DNA of 64,000 nt, taken from NCBI RefSeq assembly GCF_011386835.1, contig NC_088813.1:12028001-12092000 (forward strand), given 5' to 3'. This DNA is from Chrysemys picta bellii (lineage: Eukaryota). This document shows, one piece after another, positions 47,690 through 60,665 of this stretch (position 1 is its first letter; each line of letters starts with the position of its first letter). The notes beneath the pieces are model-generated. The model ran no database searches and had not been told where the DNA came from. It was given only the letters and a program-made list of their open reading frames with translations. A program made the position numbers and the translations under genes.

Positions 47690-48162
47690 TGCGCCTTTCA
47701 TGCCTTTAATCCAAGGCTGTCAGCATGCTTCACAAACAGTCAACCAATGCTCACAACCCCCATTGAGACAGGGAAGCATTATCATCCCCATTGGACAGAT
47801 GGGGAAACTGAGGCACGGCGTGGTTACGCTTACACAGCAAGTAAGTGGCAGAGCTGGGAATAGAACCCAGAACTCCTGATTTTAAGCACTGCCCCCTTTT
47901 CTAACTGCTTGATCCCCGGAATTAGTGTATATATTAGAAAAGAGGAAGAGTTTATATGTAATGAGACCACCTAGCTCTTAGATAAAACTTTGCATCAGTA
48001 GATCTCAAAGTGCCTTACAAAGCAGGTCAGTATCATTATCTCCATTTTACAGGTAGGGAAACTGAGAGGTGACATGACTTGCCCACGGTCGCCCACCACA
48101 AAGCGAGGACTAGAACCAAGCTCTTCTGAAGCCCAGTCCAGAGCGCTAGACACTAGGCTGCA
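47690..48162 (-). mobile_element. Two neighbouring MIR/CORE-SINE-like copies
   Basis: gatggggaaactgaggcac at about 47798-47817 and gtagggaaactgaga at about 48053-48067, each followed by agaacc. Confidence 0.65.
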
Positions 48163-50795
48163 CTATCTATAGATGGGGAGTGCAGTCAGCACTATGCTAC
48201 TCCAAGACACACTCTAGCTGCTGACAGAGGTGAGACCACCCCTACCCCACCTTTCTCATGATTTTGGGCACCATGCCCTATTTGTGCTAATGTATGTTTT
48301 AAGGCAACCAGAGGCCTCCAGGCCTGGGTGCTAGTATTAATATGCTAGTATTATCTTTCTAATAAGGCTTCTAAAGACCAACCCAACTTTGGACACTGTC
48401 ATAAATCCCCTTCTCCCAACCTAGCCCTCTCCTCTTGCTAAACTGATTGGGATTATTTTAAAATGGCTTCACACTGTTCTACCTGGGTGGGGGCACTCGG
48501 CACATGTCACCTCTCCAACGGACGGGGAGATTCTTCTTGAATGAGCTGAGGGGGGAGCGGGGGGAACACTGTATTATCTTTCCGTCTGCAGGACAGAAGG
48601 CATTTCCTAAGGAAAGCTGTCAATTATCCATTGCAGTAGCTCTGTGACATGCCTGCACTTTCAGCTGCACTTGGCCAAAGGTTATTAAAACACTCCAACA
48701 ATTAATAAAGCGTACAAGGAAGTAGCCTGAACTAGGTTGGAGCCGTTTGTCCTACGCCAAGCTGAGGGCTGGCTGCTTCAGCTGCTTTCCCCGCACTCAA
48801 ATGGCTTTTGATATAAGCCACAGCACCAGAAATCTTTGGGCCCAAACCAGATGTCCCGGTGTGGTTAAAACTCCCACTGGTTCGTTCGGGAACTTTGCAT
48901 GAAGGACAAGTGAAATCTGAGCATGGACTATCATAGATTGTAAGGAGGCAACGACTGTCTTTTGATTCTGTGATTGTACAGCACCTAACACAATGGGGTC
49001 CTGCTCCAGGACTAGGTGGCGAGGCACTACTGCAATACCAATAATAATATCGTTGGTGGTAGAGCCAGTCAGTGGGACCTGTAACACACACTCGCCAAGG
49101 GGTTACACTCCCGCAATACAAATAATTGCACACGCTACAAACATACAAATACATCATCATCATGAGGAGTTCAGCATTTGGCCCTCTGATTTTCAAAGTT
49201 CCTTCCTTCTCTCCCCCTTCCTTCTCTCTTTCCAAATGACCCTTTGCCACTGGTTGTTTTTCAGTTACTCAGACATTCCTAACAGCAGGATACCCAGGAG
49301 GTAAGCTGGGTCTGCCAGACCCTAGCATCAACAAACAAGGTGACCCTCTCCTCGAGTGGCTTTTTAATAGAGACGGGGCCCTGTTTGTTATTATCTGTTG
49401 TAGCCTGGGGGGTTGTAGGAAAATTCCTGTTGCTTTCAGCTAGTTCTACCAGTTTTTACATGGTAACAGATTTGGGTTGTAAACAACTGACCCAACCGTC
49501 TCGGGGCAGCCACTTTCAGCTTAAATAAACAAACAAACGTGACCCCCCTTTGCTCTCCCCCAGAATTGCCAGCTTTAGTTTAAGGCATCAGCCTCAATCA
49601 TTATCAGTTATAAAGCACCCGTAGCGCTGGGGAAAGGTGTCCGGTGGACAGCCCTGGAGACCAAAGTCCTATTTATCCACAACAGCATGGACAAAGTCCC
49701 TTGTACCTCCTGACCTGGAGGGACCACTGAAAAAGCTCTCAGTCTCTCCATGCCCATCCGATTCTTAGCCTCTGTCCCATGCCATCTAGACCATTTAAGA
49801 GCCGGCAATCATGCCAACCATTTACCCGGCTCAACCTCAGCCAGAAGGCAGACCTCAACTAAAGCAAACCCCCCAGCGGAGCCCAGGTCCCAGGCTGGGG
49901 AGGAGTGAGTTGGCTTGAGGCCTAGTGGAGAAGCTCTAGGCTTCGGCCTGGGAGGTCAACCTAGGCCACAAGGCCCAAACCTCCAGTGAGGTTTCATGAC
50001 ATGTACGTGGAGGGAAGTAGGTTGGAGCCAAAGTTTACTTTGCTCATTGCTGTGTCTGGAAATTGGTCTCAAGCCCCCAAATGAATTTCCGTTAGTCTCC
50101 TAGCAGGGGTGTTATCTTGTGCCCATGTAACAGGCTGGTGGGTGTGTTTTAAGGGTCTCTTGATGTACCTGATCCACAGAAGACGAGCTGGTTACAGTCC
50201 CAGTGGGTAGGGTTGCGTATCTTTAGCTCAAACTGTAGCAGCTCATGTGTTCAGCTTGGGAGGTCCCCAGTTCAATCCCTCGTGTGTCAGCCAAGACAGC
50301 AGCAGTCACAACCCCACACGCTTACCCCTCCTTTCTCTCCCATCAGCTGGATGTCCTGTGTTTGCAGCTCTAAGCCGAGAGACCATTTTCCTCCTACAAA
50401 TCAAAGTGGAGGTGACGAATTTTCTCCCAGTAGTTATTGAACCACAAGAGGTTGCTGCCAATAGCTGCGATGGAACAAGGGAATAGGAAATAGCCGGGCC
50501 TGTTATTTTGTGGTAGCTTGCTCTTGTGCCTGGAAAAGCTTTTGTTTAAAAAAGAAAGGCCATGTCCAAATGTAAAATCAGGCGTTGCTCCTGACTGTCT
50601 TCACCACTATCCCATCCCAACCACAGTTTCAAAAGGCCTGATTCGCCCCTTCTGTAACAACTTTGAGTCAATGGAGAGTTGCACCAGGGGTGAATTTGGC
50701 CCCACATGGGCAGTGCCTTTGGACTGGCTCGCCATTCCTCACTCCGCTGCAGAGATACCGACTCACTGTCCCAGAGCTGCTCGGCCTAGCTCAGT

Positions 50796-50971
50796 GGGGG
50801 GTGGGATAGCTCAGTGGTTTGAGCAATGGCCCAGGGTTGTGAGTTCAATCCTTGAGGGGGCCATTTAGGGATCTGGGGCAAAAAATCTGTCTCGGGATTG
50901 GTCCTGCTTTAAGCAGGGGGTTGGATCAGATGACCTCCTGAGGTCCCTTCTAACCCTGACATTCTATGATT
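50796..50971 (+). mobile_element. Tortoise-type tRNA-derived SINE with CR1-derived 3' tail
   Basis: A box tagctcagtggt, B box gagttcaatcc; tail ggattggtcctgct...gaggtcccttctaaccctgacattctatgatt aligns with the CR1 end at 39605-39690. Confidence 0.88.
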
Positions 50972-52689
50972 AAGATGGGCCTCAGCGGCAACGTTTGGGC
51001 TCCAGTCTCAACTTTCCCAGAGCGTGGGCGATTTCAGTTCAGACAGTTCCAGAGATGCTGCCGGCTACAACGTTCTGAGATGGATCTGAACTCTGGGGGA
51101 CTTTTCAGAGCTGGGATTGGATTCAGGCCCATTTCTGATTAGCAAGTCAAAAAAGAAATATTAGAGATGGGCCACAGAACACATGCCACATGGTGCCCGC
51201 CTTCTGCAAGCTCTTCCACAGCGAGCTGAGGATGCATGACTTAACAAACCTGGTTAGAGAACCCCACATGATGTCCTTATGTGGCAACAGGGTTTCCTTA
51301 GCTAGCTGAGAGATGAATTTCGGGCTTGTCTACATTTGCATTTGCAGTGCTGCAACGAACGGTGCAGCTGTAGAACTTAGTGAAGACATTACCTACACCT
51401 ACGGGAGAGCTTTTCCCATCAGCGTAAGTACTCCTTCTCCCTGAAAGGCGGTAGCTATGTCAATAGGAGAAGCCCTCCCATCAACACAGCACTGTCTACA
51501 CCAGGATCAGGTCAGTGTAACTATATCACTGCAGGATGAGAGATGTAGTTATACCAACGTACGTTGGTAGTGTAGACTAAACCTTAAACCAGCACTGTGT
51601 TGATGCCATTTAGCATAAACACTTCACATTCCATGGTTTTATCACGCGTCTTGTGACATTTAGTGGTGGTAGCATTTTTGGCTGGGTTTATTTAAGCCCC
51701 AACCCCTGCAGTCACAGGATTATGTAAGAATCTGAGCTTCCATTTTTTTAAAGTACATTTCTAGCCCTTAGGGTTGCAGAGAAAAGCTGGAAAACACGAC
51801 CCCCTAAAGGCTCAGAAATCAAGAGGCAAAAAAAAAAAAGACCCCAATTTTAAACAAAAACCAATCTCACGACTTTTAAACCAATCTCGTGATTTTTGAA
51901 TGCTTGGGGTGGACCATACCGATATCCTTCATTAATCTTCACATCACTCCTGTGATGTAGTTATAAATAGAGAGAAGGGAACAGGCCAAGATTAGAACTC
52001 AGAAGCAGCTGAAGTCCAGTCAGTGCTCCTGCCACTAGATGAGACTGCCTGTCTAAAGGCAAGCATTTGGAGGTGGCGTGTGTGTGTGTGTGTGTGTGAT
52101 TTCTCAGAGCACCATTGAAAGGGCAGTTCTGTTAGAGAAAACACCTTAATCCTCATACAATGCTTTCCAGGGAAAATCTGGCATAGGATGTGAATCAAAG
52201 TCTCTCTCGCTCTGACTTTCTGCTACCCTATTGTACCAGTGCAGGCTGTGTGATCATTTGTCTGCAGCGCCAGAGCCAGTCTTTGATATGTGCTATGAAA
52301 AGACATGCCCAGAGGAGGCATATTAAGTTCTGTTCTCTGAACAAAGCAGCAGCTGGGCTAGCAGAACCCCTGGCATGGCAAGAGGCTTGACACCTTTCAG
52401 ATCCAGATGTTTTCAGAGGGGGAGGACGACGCTGGATCTGGGATCCTGATTCAGCTCAATGTGAAGTTAGGAGCTCCTTGCAAACACCTCCAGCCGTTAG
52501 ATCCAGGTGCTGGTTTGGAACCATCTCTAGCTGATGACGTATTCAAATGAAATGAAAAATACAGAGAGGCTGGGAATGAGCAGGAAGAGCAACAGGAGGT
52601 GGGAACAGAATCGTGGGAATGATTTTCCAAAGGGAAATCATTGAATCTTGCCAGAAGGCCCCACAACTCACAGACACTATGGTCTAACT

Positions 52690-52931
52690 CAGGGCCGGCT
52701 TTATGATCTGCAGGGCCCGATTGGAAGGGGGCCCCGCTCCGGGGGTCTTCGGCGGCATTTCGGCGGCAGTGGGGTCCGCTCCGGGTTTTCCGCAGCACCG
52801 AAGGACCCCCCGCCGCCGAAATGCTGCCAAAAACCCCCGGAGCGGGGCCCCCTTAGGTATGGGCACGGGGCCCTCTTCGGCGCGGGGCCTGATTCCGGGG
52901 AATCGGATGAATCGACTTAAAGCCGGCCCTG
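52690..52931. mobile_element. hAT-type MITE (CAGGGCCGGC terminus)
   Basis: Perfect 14-bp TIRs cagggccggcttta / taaagccggccctg; perfect 8-bp TSD GTCTAACT (52682-52689, 52932-52939). Confidence 0.94.
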
Positions 52932-53299
52932 GTCTAACTGAATGAGACTGAACTCAACTGGAAATACATGAAAACATCCAGTGTGGGAGAAGCTGCAGGC
53001 ACAGAGGTCTGGTTTGCAGCTAGTTCCAGGAGTGTTGGGATTTCCCTTTGACAATCTCTCTGAAACATGCAAATTCTCAGTGAGGATCCCTCCCCTCCAT
53101 CCCATTATTGTCATGCTAACGCATGGTCATCAAAGGGAAGAGAGAATATGCAGCTTCCACCATGTCTCTGATTCTGCACCAAGCTCGAAGTGGAATTTTG
53201 CAACACTAAAGGTATTATGCTCATCATTCCCATCAAAAAAGACGGCTCAGGGCTTGGAAAATGGGCTGCAGAGTTTCACAGCTTCTAGTATCCCGCCAA

Positions 53300-54030
53300 A
53301 ATGTGAATCAGGGGAGTAGCTACAGAACATTATTGCAGTAGGAAGAGAGCCTGAGACATAAGCCCTTGTATGAGGCCTGGTATGAGGCAGGACCTGCTTA
53401 GAGAATTTGGCAAGAACAGGGCTGATATTGCAGAAATACACATTCCTAAGGAGTGCTAGTCACAGAGTGCTCCCGCAAACACATCCCGATATCAAGTGGT
53501 ACCAGAACATTCCGATATCAAAGATGGTACAAAAACATTCCCCAAGGATAACAGGAATACTCTGACCCCTCCTAAAAGGTAAGGTTGGGATGACCATACG
53601 TAATAGAGATGTTTTGATCGAACCAACATGTACAAGATGAAGGGTGATAACTAGCGACATAGGGAGCAGTAACTAACTATGTCAGAGGGGGCAGTACTAA
53701 CTTCTTTGTATCGGGGTATAAAGATGTATCTCAGAGGGAGTATCTTTGTCTGGCCTAGGGAGGACCAAAAAGTCCCGCCATTCACTGAGCTGGTCCATTG
53801 TTACGGGCATACATGTATTCGTGGTCCGGTAGAGTCTGCAGGATACTAGTACCATGCTTTGTCAACAATAAACCTGGCCGGATACCTTCATCCCTTCATG
53901 GATCTTGTGGTCATTGAGTGGTTCGCTCGAGGTCATTGGGTGGTTCGCCAGCTGTCCACGCAGGGCTGGGGCGGCACACAGAGGGAACACACACACACAC
54001 GGCCAAAACATCGATCAACATCTAATCACA
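53300..54030 (+). mobile_element. Probable retroviral-type solo LTR (boundaries approximate)
   Basis: U3-like short tandem repeats (53480-53545), TATAAA at 53717-53722, AATAAA at 53867-53872, duplication of about 22 bp at 53909-53949. No TSD found. Confidence 0.55.
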
Positions 54031-56047
54031 GTTACCATCATTTGACGGAATAGTTCAATTGTTACATTATGTCACATCAGTAGCAGTAGTGCATATTATG
54101 GACTGCTAGTACTGACACTTCATGAAATAATGTAAAAATCAATAAAAATATAAAAAGCAAAAAAAAAAAAATTCCACATGAAATTTCAAAATTCCAACAT
54201 GAACATTTTCCAAAACCAGGTTTTTTTTCCTCAGAATTTCTATTTTGTGGGAAATTTCAAAAATACCTGTTTTCATTCCAAATCGGAACAAAAACAAATT
54301 TCAAAAGGTCCAAATTTCCCATTTAAATGGAAATTCCGAGTTTCCACCAGCTCTCCAATGAGAAGACATCACAGCTTCTGCCCCCCAGAATTTACAATGT
54401 AATCCAGGCCCAGGCACCACAGTTAATTCTTAGTGCTCCAGTGTCCACATCACAGAAAACCACCACCACACCTGGCATGGACTGAGCTCCTTGTTGGCAG
54501 TGCTAGGGGCAATGCCAAGAATTCAATGGCCATGGAGACTGAACTTCCCTCTCGTCTCTCCAGGTCTGGGTTGCTAGCAGGTGCAGAGTAGCTTTGAGGG
54601 GCACTGAAATTCTGCCGTGCTCCAAATTCTGAGTGGTTCTAATATTTTGGATAGACAGAGAGAACCAGAGGTCCATTTACTCCACACTCTACCATTGAGA
54701 AACTTAACCCTGCTTCCCAGCAGGCACCGATCTATATTTGATGCCAAGTAAATGCCATCCATGCTTTGAATTCATTCAGTCTCCCTTACTCCTGTTACTC
54801 CTTTTGACTACCTACTTCACAATCCCTCTGGGATGAAAAATCTTTTCATCTTTAACCTGTCCCCTTACTGCAAGTCACATCAATGCATCATCTCCTCATT
54901 TATGGAACCTAAGCAAAAGTCCTAACTCCCATTCCTTTAGGTCGGGTGCCTAAATATCATTGAGGATCTGGACCTTACTGTCCTATATGGGACCTCTTCT
55001 AAATTCTCCCTTTTCTCGATTAAGCATGTACAATTCACGAGCCTTCCTCACAAACAAAGCAATCCCGACAGACAAGCCTTGTTGGCGAACAGCCTCTGTA
55101 GGGCTTAAACTCTCACTTCTCAGCACAGGTGGCTGGAGAGGAAGCTATCGAAGGTTCAACACAAGGTGCCTGTTATCCCACAGAATGAAAAGCCTAGAGT
55201 GTGTTGCAACGTTTAGGTAGCGAGATGCACTAAAAACATCTCGGGTGGCAGTTAGCAAATGCTACCTGCTGGCCCCTAGGGGTGTGGGGATTTTCCCTCC
55301 CTGTGGAAAGTGCCTGATACAGCACATGGACTTGATTACAAAACAGGCTGTTCCTTTTAGGTGTGCAAACATGTTGTTTTACATCAAGACCTGCTGTGGG
55401 CTTTGTTTTTCCTCTCATGAGAAGCATCCTGTCCTCTTGACCGACACGCCCACAAACGTTATGTAGCACCTATGGGTCAGTCCATGATGGTTAGTGGTAC
55501 ATGTTTCCCTGGAAAAAGGCAAATGAAATTAATCTACAAACTGAGCTGCTGTATATGAAGAGGAATGCTGTTAGTCTATGATTATAGCGGTATCCATTCC
55601 TATAGTATGGTCAGGTGCATAAGGCACTCAAGCTGGGAGAGAGGAGAGGAGTCTAGTCAATTCCCTGCTCTGTGCCTTAGTTTCCCCCTCATTCTTTGTC
55701 CATCTTGTGAATTTCAGTTGTAAGGTCTTTGGGGCAGAGACTCTCTCTCAGTACGTATTAACACAGCTGCCAGAACAATGGGGCTCTGACCTCAGCAAGG
55801 CCTCTAACCACGACCATAATGCAAATAATACTATGGAAGTTTTCTAAGACCTTTTTTACAGTGAGTTGTTAGCCACCAATGCAAACCTCTAATGCCCATG
55901 TGACATAGCAGCAGTGTGGCTTTTACCTTGGTTTGAAACTAAGTCAAAGTGCACCAACACAAATAGCACTGCATCAGTGTAAACCATGTCTATCCAAGGA
56001 GGCTGAACTTGCGCTGGTAGCTAAAATCCCACTATAGACAAAAATAG

Positions 56048-57671
56048 TAGGGCTATCAAGTGATTAGAAAAATTCATCGCGATTAATCGCGCTGATAAAC
56101 AATAATAGAATATCCTTTATTTAAATATTTATTTAGTTTTCTACATTTTCAAATATATTGATTTAAATTGCAACACAGAATATGAAGTGTACAGCACTCA
56201 CTTTATATGTATGTTTTATTACAAATATTTGCACTGTAAGGAACAAAACAAATAGTATTTTTCAATTCATCTCATACAAGTACTGTAGTGCGATCTCTAT
56301 CGTGAAAGTTGAACTTTACAAATGTAGCATTATGTACAAAAAGAGAACTGCATTCAAAAATAAAACTATGTAAAACTTTAGAGCCTACAAGTCCACTCAG
56401 TCCAACTTCTTGTTCAGCCAATTGCTCAGACTAACAAGGTTGGTTACAATTTGCAGGAGATAATGCTGCCTGCTTCTTGTTTACAATGTCACCCGAAAGT
56501 GAGAACAGGCGTTCGCATGGCACTGTTGCAGCCGGCGTCGCAAGATATTTATTTGCCAGATGCACTAAAGATTCATATGTCCCTTCATGCTTCAACCACC
56601 ATTCCAGAGGACACACGTCCATGCTGATGACGGGTTCTGCTCAATAACAATCCAAAGCAGTGCATACTGACGCATGTTCATTTTCATCATCTGAGTCAGA
56701 TGCCACCAGCAGAAGGTTGATTTTCTTTTTTGGTGGTTCGGGTTCTGTAGTTTCTGCATCTGAGTGTTGTTCTTTTAAGACTTCTGAAAGCATGCGCCAC
56801 AGGTCGCCCCTCTCAGATTTTGGAAGGCACTTCAGATTCTTAAACCTTGGGTTGAGTGCTGTAGCTATTTTTAGAAATCTCACATTGGTACCTTCTTTGC
56901 ATTTTGTCAAATCTGCTGTGAAAGTGTTGTTAAAACGAACATGTGCTGGGTCATCATCTGAGACTGCTATCACATGAAATATACGGCAGAATGCGGGTAA
57001 AACAGAGCAGGAGACATACAATTCTCCCCCAAGGAGTTCAGTCACAAATTTAATTAACACATTATTTTTTTAAACGAGCATCATCAGCATGGAAGCATGT
57101 TCTCCTGAATGGTGGCCGAAGCATGAAGGGGCATACGAACGTTTAGCATATCTGGCATGTAAATACCTTGCAATGCTGGCTACAAAAGTGCCATGTGAAA
57201 GCCTGTTCTCACTTTTGGGTGACATTGGAAATAAGAAGCAGGCAGCATTATCTCCTGTAAATGTAAACTTTTTTGTCTTAGCGATTGGCTGAACAAGAAG
57301 TTGGATTGAGTGGACTTGTAGGCTCTAAAGTTTTACATTGTTTTGTTTTTGAGTGCAGTCATGTAACAAAATAATCTGCATTTGTAAATTACACTTTCAC
57401 GACAAAGATTGCACTACAATACATGTCTGAGGTGAATTGAAACATACTATTTCTTTTGTTTATCATTTTTATAGTGCAAATATTTATAATCAAAAATATA
57501 ATATAAAGTGAACACGGTACACTTTGTGTTGTAATAGAAATCAATATATTTGAAAATGTAGAAAAACATCCAAAATATTTAATACATTTCAATTGGTATT
57601 CTCTTGTTTAACAGTGCGATGGTTTTTTTTAGTTAATTGCGTGAGTTAACTACGATTAATCGATAGCCCTA
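56048..57671. mobile_element. Non-autonomous hAT transposon with long (about 585-bp) inverted arms and transposase remnants
   Basis: TIR tagggctatc / gatagcccta; TSD aaaaatag / ataaaaag (6/8); hAT motifs LNPRFK and the C-terminal dimerisation domain (LEWW...KYLATPAATVPCERLFSLSG). Confidence 0.92.
56431..57060 (-). pseudogene. hAT transposase C-terminal remnant (frameshifted or stopped)
   Basis: ORFs 56641..57060 and 56431..56622; an inverted second copy of the dimerisation domain lies at 57089..57292 (+). Confidence 0.88.
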
Positions 57672-60665
57672 ATAAAAAGGAACCCAGTTTCACACAACCC
57701 TGAAGAAGATATAAACCTTGACAGCAAGATGATATTTTCCTCTGAGCTCCCATACGAGCTCAAGACTTACATCCATTATTTATACAGTGTCCTAGAGAGC
57801 CTGCTACCATACAGGCAGGAAGAGAAAGTCCTCTACCCTGAAGTTATTTCAGCATGAAATAGATAGATACAGCATCTGAGATCAGATCAGGCACAAGAGG
57901 GGTAGAAGCTGGGTAAAAAATGGAGCTTTTGGTTCACTGGCAATTTCAAAAATTTGAAAAAAAAATTCTTGGACCAAAATAATTTTTTTTCTTTTTTTAC
58001 TTTTCAACAAATCCAAAAGAAAAAATATAGTTTCCAGTCAAACAAATGGTTTAGTTTTAAACAAATCAAAATGTTTCATTTCAACATTTAAAAAAACATT
58101 GAAAAGTGCTCAATTTTTAAAATAAAATAAAATTAAAAGACATTTTGAAACAAAAAGCTGTTTCGGGCAAAAATAATGAAAGGTTTCAAAATTGTCATAA
58201 CTGGTCATTTTGATTTTTTCAGCGTTTTTTTTTAAGTTTTTTTTTTTCTAAACAAAATAATTCTGCAAAATCAATACATCGTTGGGAAACTTGTTGGTGT
58301 TGCCGAATCGGTATTTTTAATCACACAAAAAAAAGTGTAGGGTGAAAAGTTTTGCCCAGCTCTAAGCCCTGGGAGTAGCACCCCCAGGGATCAGTGGAGA
58401 GGGAAGGCTGCGGGTTGAGACAAAAGATGCCAGATGCTGATAGAAAAGCTAGTCACGGTGAGTTTCATTTATTTTGCACAGCGTTGATCTGAATAAAAGA
58501 CAGAGGCTAATGGAACACCAGGCTCTCACCTCTCCTATCTCACTGTCTATCTCAAGTTCTTTCACTGGCTCAGCTAAAGGGCAGGTTATACAGAGGGGGT
58601 TTCTTGCCTTAGGGACTGCACTGCCATTTCACTCTGACTGATGCAGATGGGATTAACTGTGAGCAGACACTCCCCGGCCCCTAGATAATCCCACGGGGGG
58701 TCACATCAGGCCCAGGATGGCAACCGCAACCACTGGGAGAAGGTAATACAGGTTGGGGCCAATTCTGACCCCTTTCCTGTATGCACAGAGGGTGGGTCCT
58801 ACCTGCCACCCATTTGGGTCCCACTGTGTGGGAAACAATTTGGGGAACCCCCGTAGTGGGTAGATTCAGGCCAGAGCTGGCAGCTGTCTCTCTACATAAA
58901 CCCATTGGCCTGACTGCACAATGATGGAGGAGTACAGAAGCCAAAGAGGTTGCCTCTGGATGGGAGACTGAAGTGAGCTGCAGAATAGTTCTATGGCCTT
59001 CCTCTGTGGCCTTGGGGCTCGGGTAATCCCATCTCCTCACCCACCAAGAAGCTCCCCCGTGCAGTGCCCAGCCACTCAGACTGGGCATTCTGCAGGAGTT
59101 GGCATGCAGGCACTGGAATGCTTCCCATGCTGGCCCAAGCATGAAATCCCACCGGCAGCTCTACCGTGCCCATCACCGTAGTGTCAGCTCCTTTTCCTTT
59201 TCCTGATCTCACCTAGGATGCTCCGCTCCAGGACACCCAATACAGCACCCGTGGCTAATAAAGCCAACCCTCGGCATTTACTCCCTGAGGTCAAGCTATA
59301 AAATTAGCAACCCAAAACACTCCACACCGGCGGATGTACTAATTAGTGCAAACTGGGATGGCTCCAGTGCAGTTCTGAGCACGATGCTTTTAATAACAGC
59401 ACAGATGCTGAGACGCTCATAATTCAGTTGATGACTCTCTATGAGGCTGAGGAGCCCAGATGTGTAATAAGCAAGACTGGCCCCATGACTGTAGTTTCAC
59501 CTCCTGGGCTTGGCTTATTGTCTGATCTCTTTCCCCAGTGGGAAGGTTTCTGGGGTTTCTAGTCCCTCTGGCTAGGTGGCAGGAGGACAGTATTTCTCAA
59601 CTACAACCAGGAATCAGGGAAGCCCCATATTCCAGAGCTTTCTCTTCCTTACTCAGGACCCGTTGGCAACCAGTCAAACTTGGGTTGGTGTCCGTTAAAG
59701 CATAAGAAGAGAGTGAGTAATATTTCCTTCCCAACCTTCAGGCTGAGGTGAACCCAGAAGCAGGGGAGGTCACAAACAGCAGGGAAGCTTCTAATCTGTT
59801 TAGGATTGTAAATGAACATCCAAGGCTTCAGTTCTTCCAGTTGCAGAGACAGGGGTAATGGAGAATCCCCGTGAGCAGTTTAGAGGAGCAGGTGGCTCTC
59901 TATCCCTAGTATCCGAACTCCTCACAATGCCCCGGTGAAGTAGGGAAGTTCTATTTTCCACAACGTTCAGATGGGATCGGAGGCACAGAGAGATGAAGTG
60001 ATATTCCCGAGATCACACGGGGAGTCTGCAACAGAGACAGGAACTGAATCCAGGTGAGCTAAGTTCTGAGCTGGACAGCTAAACACTGGATCATCCTTCC
60101 TCCCTCAAGTAAGGCTCTAACTGGGTGTCCAAAAAGAGTCTGCAGGTTCTTCATTTGGTGGGGTGAAGGGGTCTGTATTCTCTGGCACATCCCTCAACCC
60201 ACCCCAGCCCAAACAGGGAAAAGAACCAAACTGAGGGTCGCACAGAACTATCAGTTCAGGGAGCTGGGAATGATGTGAGACTGGCTGCATTAGCATCAGT
60301 GTTGTGTATAACCCTGGCCTTATCATTTCACACATCTGATGTCAATCATTTACCTCAGTGACAGGGAAAGAACAGCAGTGTGGGCCAGAGGATAAATCTA
60401 GGTCTCCAAGGAGGAACTGTCCTTCAGAAAGACACACATGGCTATCAAGTGTTGGATGCTACGCCGGGGAATCACTACACAGCTACCTTAAAGGTGACTG
60501 GCAAAGGAAAAAGAAGTGGGTTCATGCCCCACTTTCCCACTCTTTGTTCAAACAAGTGAAGGCCTGACAAGTTTGGGAGTTTAACTTAAGAAAACTTCTG
60601 CTTGAATTTGTTAACATACAAATTTCTTATCTTCCCTGTTTTCCTTAGAAAAATCTATGGGTGAC

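Noticed and set aside
50215-50290. tRNA-like A and B boxes (also 24725-24780 and 50801-50865)
   Set aside because: No complete cloverleaf; these are heads of tRNA-derived SINEs rather than tRNA genes.
58681-59142. 153-aa ORF containing GVPQ, reminiscent of LINE reverse transcriptase
   Set aside because: No other RT motifs in register; a four-residue coincidence.
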